Below are positions 59,100 to 64,000 of a DNA stretch of 64,000 nt, piece by piece. Under the pieces are notes generated by a model. It was given only the letters and a program-made list of their open reading frames with translations. It did no database searches and was not told the origin of the DNA. The stretch lies in the NCBI GenBank assembly GCA_963796275.1, contig CAWCKY010000006.1, positions 2,368,001 through 2,432,000 of the forward strand. The letters run 5' to 3'. The position numbers were made by a program, and so were the translations under genes. The stretch comes from an uncultured Acidobacteriota bacterium (GTDB lineage: Bacteria; Acidobacteriota; Blastocatellia; RBC074). Within the stretch, counting starts at the first letter, position 1; the number at the start of each line of letters is the position of its first letter.

Positions 59100-60460
59100 C
59101 GAGGGTTGAAACATTTATGAAAACCATCACGCTTATTATTTTGCTTCTGGTCTTGAGCATCTTATCGCCTCTCACGATGGGTGCGCAGACAGACGCCAAA
59201 CCGAACATCATATTCATCCTCGCCGATGATCTGGGCTGGGGCGATCTGGGCTGTTACGGCTCAGACAAAATCAAAACGCCCAACATTGACCGATTGGCGG
59301 CGGAAGGCATGCGCTTCACGTCGGCGTATAGCGGCACGTCGGTCTGTGCACCTTCGCGCGCGGCGCTTATGACAGGGTTGCATATGGGACATAATCCGAT
59401 TCGTGCCAACCGCGAAGTCAAACCCGAAGGTCAGGCGCCGCTGCCTAACGGAACCGTCACCGTCGCGCAGTTGCTGAAAGATGCCGGATACAAAACGGCG
59501 ACCATCGGTAAATGGGGACTGGGCTTTCCGGGTTCAGGCAGCGAGCCGACCGACCGCGGATTCGATTTCAACTATGGTTACAACTGCCAGCGCGAAGCCC
59601 ATCATTATTACCCCAAACATCTCTGGCGCAACAAAGAACGGGTCGAACTCGACGGCAAAACCTATTCGCACAATCTGATCGCGGGCGAGGCGATTAAATG
59701 GGTGCAGGCCAATGCGGCGCAACCTTTTTTCCTCTATCTGGCCTTCACTATTCCGCACGCGCAATACGAAACGCCGGACTTGGGGATTTACGCCGACCAG
59801 CCGTGGCCAGACGTCGAAAAGCGCGTCGCCGCGATGGTCTCGCGCATGGATCGGTCAATCGGTCAGTTGCTCGACGCGCTCAAGCAGACGGGCGCCGACC
59901 GCAATACGTTGATTTTCTTCGCCAGCGACAACGGCGCGATGGGGTCAAACGACGGTCATCAGATGGAGTTTTTCAACAGCAACGGTCCGTGGCGCGGTTT
60001 CAAGCGCAGCATGTATGAAGGCGGATTGCGCGTTCCCGCCATCGCCTGGTGGCCCGGCAAAATCAAAGCCGGACAGGTCAACGATACTCCATGGGCGTTC
60101 TGGGATTTTCTGCCGACGGCAGCGGATGTCGCGGGCGCGAAGCTACCGCCCTCATTCAAAACAGACGGGCTCTCCATCAAACCGTTGTTGCTCGGCAAAC
60201 GACTGGCGAAACGCGAATACCTGTACTGGGAGTTGCACGAACGTTACTTTCAACAGGCGCTGCGCATGGGCGATTGGAAAGCGGTGCGGCCGTCCGTCAA
60301 TCAACCGGTTGAGTTATACGACCTGAAGACCGACCCGGCGGAGACGCGCGACGTGGCTGCGCGGTATCCCGCGCTGGCACAGAAAATGATTGAGTTGATG
60401 CAGTCAGCGCGAATCGATTCGCCAGACTGGCCGATCAAAGCGCCGCCTGAGAGGAGATGA
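59096..60460 (+). CDS. arylsulfatase
   Basis: PNIIFILADDLG, CAPSR, GKWGLG. Confidence 0.93.
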   Translation: MTRVETFMKTITLIILLLVLSILSPLTMGAQTDAKPNIIFILADDLGWGDLGCYGSDKIKTPNIDRLAAEGMRFTSAYSGTSVCAPSRAALMTGLHMGHNPIRANREVKPEGQAPLPNGTVTVAQLLKDAGYKTATIGKWGLGFPGSGSEPTDRGFDFNYGYNCQREAHHYYPKHLWRNKERVELDGKTYSHNLIAGEAIKWVQANAAQPFFLYLAFTIPHAQYETPDLGIYADQPWPDVEKRVAAMVSRMDRSIGQLLDALKQTGADRNTLIFFASDNGAMGSNDGHQMEFFNSNGPWRGFKRSMYEGGLRVPAIAWWPGKIKAGQVNDTPWAFWDFLPTAADVAGAKLPPSFKTDGLSIKPLLLGKRLAKREYLYWELHERYFQQALRMGDWKAVRPSVNQPVELYDLKTDPAETRDVAARYPALAQKMIELMQSARIDSPDWPIKAPPERR

Positions 60461-60538
60461 CCAAACGGTTTATAGAGGCGGCACCGACGGGGTCTTTGTT
60501 TGCGCCGTCGATATTTGCTGCCTAATAGGCCGCATACA

Positions 60539-60743
60539 CGGTACTCCCAACGGGATTTAAACTTTTGCATTTAAAAGACCTTCAGAGGCTGAAGCGAAGT
60601 CAGTACCGCGAGCGGTAGCGAGCGGCACCTCATATAAAGCCCGCTCGCTACCGCTCGCGGTACTGATCCTGCGATCCATTTTGGCGGCAAATTGCCAAGG
60701 CTTTTGTTTTCACCGGTTTCAAAAACCAGCTAATGGAGTGCCG
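60539..60743. mobile_element. 205-bp MITE, copy 2
   Basis: TIR CGGTACTCC/GGAGTGCCG; flanking direct repeat CATACA (60533-60538, 60744-60749); 26-bp perfect stem at 60600-60666; colinear with copy 1. Confidence 0.82.
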
Positions 60744-60789
60744 CATACACCATGAAGTGATCAAAATGAAGAGATGGTAAGGGGGAACC

Positions 60790-62265
60790 ATGACTCTGAA
60801 ACGAATTGTGTTGTCTTTGAGTTTGCTGACCACGCTGTTGGGCCTGGCGCCACAGCGCACGCCGCGCACGATGGCGGCACAAACCAAACCCAACGTCCTG
60901 TTCATTGCTGTGGACGACTTGAATCATTGGGTCAAACACCTGGGGCGCAACAAACAGGTCATTACGCCGAACATTGATCGGCTTGCCAGGATGGGATTGA
61001 CCTTCGACCACGCTTACTGCGCCGCGCCGATCTGTAACCCTTCGCGTGCGGCGTTGATGTCGGGGATGCGGCCTTCGACGACGGGCGTGTACGACAATGG
61101 GGTTGATTGGCGCCCGGTCGTGGCGACAGACAGGACGCTGGTCACTCATTTTCGACAAAACGGTTATGCCGCTTACGGCGCGGGCAAGATTTATCACGGT
61201 GGCTTCGACCGCAAATCAGAGTGGGACGATTACCACCGTGAGCGCGGCGGCCCCTGTAATCTGTTGAATGATACGCCTGGCGTCGGCGGCATCCGGTTCT
61301 CGCCAGTGGACTGCGGCGACGAAGGCATCTCGGATTACGGCATCGCGAGCTACGGCATCGAACAGTTGCAGCGCAAGCACGACAAGCCGTTCTTCCTGAC
61401 CATCGGCTTCCACAAACCGCACATGCCCTGGAACGTGCCGAAGAAATATTTCGACATGTATCCGCTCGATAAAATCGAATTGCCGCCGTACCGCGAAGAC
61501 GATCTGAAAGACATCCCGGCGGAAGGCGTGAAGATGGCGCGCGGCCCCGGCTCGAGCTCTCCCGACAAACCTTCAGACCATGAACTGATGTTGAAGTCGG
61601 GGCGCTGGAAAGAGGCGGTGCAGGCTTATCTGGCGACGATCACCTACATGGACGGCCAGCTTGGACGCGTGCTGGATGCGCTGGAAAAATCGGCTTACCG
61701 CGACAACACGATCATCGTTTTCTGGGGCGATCACGGCTGGTCGCTCGGCGAAAAGCATCACTGGCGAAAGTTCGCGCTATGGGAAGAGCCGACTCGCGCG
61801 CCGTTCATCTGGGTCGCGCCCGGAGTGACAAAAGCCGGGACAGTGTCAAAACGCACGGTGGATTTTATGAGTATCTATCCGACGTTGTCCGAACTGTGCG
61901 GTCTGCCAATCCCCAAACACGTAGAGGGCGTCAGCATCAAGAAATTGCTCGCCGACCCGAATGCCAGTTGGACGACGCCCGCGCTGACAACGCACGGCTT
62001 TATGAATCACGCCGTCCGCACCGAACAATGGCGCTACATCCGTTATGAACGAGGCGATGAAGAGCTATATGACGAGACGAAAGACCCTTACGAATGGACG
62101 AATGTAGCTGGCGACAAGCAGCACGACAAATTGAAAGCCGAATTGGCGCGGGTTTTTCCGAAAGTGAATACGCCGCGCGGCACGCAGGCCAATGGTCGCG
62201 AGGGTGGCGGAGGGGGGGCACGACAGCGACGCGGCAACAATCGTCCGCCAGGACAAAACCGATAA
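60790..62265 (+). CDS. sulfatase (iduronate-2-/choline-sulfatase-like)
   Basis: IAVDDLN, CNPSR, WGDHGWSLGEK. Confidence 0.93.
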   Translation: MTLKRIVLSLSLLTTLLGLAPQRTPRTMAAQTKPNVLFIAVDDLNHWVKHLGRNKQVITPNIDRLARMGLTFDHAYCAAPICNPSRAALMSGMRPSTTGVYDNGVDWRPVVATDRTLVTHFRQNGYAAYGAGKIYHGGFDRKSEWDDYHRERGGPCNLLNDTPGVGGIRFSPVDCGDEGISDYGIASYGIEQLQRKHDKPFFLTIGFHKPHMPWNVPKKYFDMYPLDKIELPPYREDDLKDIPAEGVKMARGPGSSSPDKPSDHELMLKSGRWKEAVQAYLATITYMDGQLGRVLDALEKSAYRDNTIIVFWGDHGWSLGEKHHWRKFALWEEPTRAPFIWVAPGVTKAGTVSKRTVDFMSIYPTLSELCGLPIPKHVEGVSIKKLLADPNASWTTPALTTHGFMNHAVRTEQWRYIRYERGDEELYDETKDPYEWTNVAGDKQHDKLKAELARVFPKVNTPRGTQANGREGGGGGARQRRGNNRPPGQNR

Positions 62266-62299
62266 CCAAACCGGCGAGCAGGATCAGGATATTTCAAGA

Positions 62300-62524
62300 A
62301 TGAATACGAATCGTCGCAAATTTCTCAAGACCGCAGTCGCCGGAGCAGTAACTAGCGGCCCCACTCATTTGTCGCAAGCGGTCATCGCGTCGACGGGGTT
62401 TGCGGTCAGTGTGTGGACCGCACTTTCTGGCGATGCGGCGGCGGCGGACGCCGCATCCGGTTTTTTATCGGGGCGTGAGAGTCGTCGCGGTGGAGCGATT
62501 CGATTTAGAGATCATAGAGGTTGA
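62300..62524 (+). pseudogene. orphan Tat signal peptide, probable 5' remnant of a deleted gene
   Basis: MNTNRRKFLKTAVAG with no recognisable mature domain. Confidence 0.45.
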
Positions 62525-63987
62525 ATTTGACGAGAAATAAGCAAGAAAACCGCCCGCTTCGTGAAAATTCGCGGGGATGGGCGGGAACAAACATTGAAAC
62601 AAGTTACCTGACTCAATGGCTGTGGTTTTGGCTGTGTTGCGTACTGTTGGTCGCTGCCGATCGCTCAGTGCTCGCCCAGGGAAAGGCAGACCCGAAAGCG
62701 AAGCCCAACATCCTTATCTTATACGCCGACGACTGGCGGCACGATACGCTGGGAGTGGCGGGGAATCCGGTTGTTAAAACACCACACCTTGATCAGTTCG
62801 CCAAACAAGGTGTGCGATTTCGACGCGCTTATGTCACGACATCTATCTGCGGAGTCAGCCGCGCCACGCTCTTCACCGGTCAATGGATGTCGCGTCACGG
62901 CAATAAGGCCTTCGACGCGTTCAAGACGCCGTGGACCGAAACATATCCGGGTTTGTTGCGCGCGAACGGTTATCACGTCGGGCACATCGGCAAATGGCAC
63001 AACGGAGAGTTCCCGGCGGAGCATTTCGATTTCGGGCGTTCTTACGCGGGCAAGCATTACCAACAACAAGCGGACGGCTCGACCATACACGTGACGCAAA
63101 AGAACGAGAACGATGCGTTGGAGTTTTTACGGACGCGCCCCGCCGATAAGCCGTTCTGCCTTACGCTCGCTTTCTTCGCCACGCACGCGGAAGATCAAAA
63201 CCCTAAGCAATATCTGTATCAGCCGAAAAGCGAATCGCTTTATCAAAACGTGACTGTTCCGGTTCCTAAAACGGCGGGCGATCAATATTTCAGTCGCCTG
63301 CCCCCTTTCATCGCCAATGATAAGAACGAAGGCCGCAACCGCTGGCATTGGCGGTTCGATACGCCGGAAAAGTATCAGCAGTACATGAAAGCCTATTACC
63401 GGTTAGCGACCGAAGTGGATTCGACGATCGGTCGTGTGCTGGCGGAATTGAAGGTACAGGGGTTGGACGAAAACACGCTGGTAATATTCACTACCGACAA
63501 TGGCTACTTCCACGGCGAACACGGGCTGGCGGACAAATGGTATCCGTATGAAGAGTCCATCCGCGTGCCGCTCGTCGTGCGTGATCCGCGATTGAGGCCT
63601 GGGAAACGCGGCAGCGTAAACGACGATATCGCGCTGAACGTTGATCTCGCCCCGACCCTGCTGGCTTTCGCCGGAATCGTTGCGCCCGTACAGATGCAAG
63701 GGCGCGACCTGGCACCGCTTTACCTGAATGCGGGCAAACCTGACTGGCGCGATGAATTCTTTTACCAACACGCGACCATTCGCAATATCGAGTTCATTCC
63801 TTCTTCCGAGGCACTCGTGCGCAGAGAGATCAAATACATCTACTGGCCGGATTTCGGCTACGAAGAGCTGTTCGATCTGAAACTTGATCCGCGTGAAGAA
63901 AATAATCTGGCGCATGAGAAAGCTTATGAGGCGAAGATGGCACAGTTGCGTCGCCGGTTTGCGGAATTGAAAGAACAGGCGCGCTAA
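62521..63987 (+). CDS. sulfatase (N-acetylglucosamine-6-sulfatase-like); start uncertain
   Basis: [10 protein letters not shown], variant CGVSR motif, [13 protein letters not shown]. Confidence 0.9.
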   Translation: MNLTRNKQENRPLRENSRGWAGTNIETSYLTQWLWFWLCCVLLVAADRSVLAQGKADPKAKPNILILYADDWRHDTLGVAGNPVVKTPHLDQFAKQGVRFRRAYVTTSICGVSRATLFTGQWMSRHGNKAFDAFKTPWTETYPGLLRANGYHVGHIGKWHNGEFPAEHFDFGRSYAGKHYQQQADGSTIHVTQKNENDALEFLRTRPADKPFCLTLAFFATHAEDQNPKQYLYQPKSESLYQNVTVPVPKTAGDQYFSRLPPFIANDKNEGRNRWHWRFDTPEKYQQYMKAYYRLATEVDSTIGRVLAELKVQGLDENTLVIFTTDNGYFHGEHGLADKWYPYEESIRVPLVVRDPRLRPGKRGSVNDDIALNVDLAPTLLAFAGIVAPVQMQGRDLAPLYLNAGKPDWRDEFFYQHATIRNIEFIPSSEALVRREIKYIYWPDFGYEELFDLKLDPREENNLAHEKAYEAKMAQLRRRFAELKEQAR

Positions 63988-64000
63988 GTGAAATAGCATA

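Noticed and set aside
1-64000. tRNA, rRNA or known riboswitch genes
   Set aside because: None recognisable by eye; a tRNAscan/Rfam run is needed to exclude them.

Overview
Bacterial chromosomal window, probably Acidobacteria (Blastocatellia-like). This is inferred from the PadR/ADOP permease locus, Oar-type TonB-dependent receptors, the ECF sigma + Ser/Thr kinase pair and the REP-like palindromes. Most of the window is ordinary accessory content: an SRPBCC-ArsR-DUF899 operon, a VapBC/FitAB-type TA pair, nine sulfatases, a DUF1549/1553-DUF1501 pair, an amidase, an amidohydrolase, a TonB-dependent receptor, several gene remnants and two copies of a 205-bp MITE. The stand-out is a ~13 kb minus-strand cluster (16941-29908). 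A well-spaced sigma54 (-24/-12) promoter precedes a tight operon encoding a transglutaminase-like Cys-His-Asp enzyme, an amphipathic-helix protein, a Cys-rich protein, a Tyr-rich 10-aa repeat protein, four predicted beta-sandwich (jelly-roll/capsid-like) proteins and an M15-like peptidase. A variable tail of enzymes follows, four of which share a short N-terminal leader. No intact integrase, replication protein or packaging ATPase is visible in the cluster, and a PAS-sigma54 activator (frameshifted here) sits at its far end. Working hypothesis (inference, untested): a host-regulated, domesticated tailless-virus capsid module that packages leader-tagged enzymes. All family assignments come from motif recognition by eye; no searches were run.
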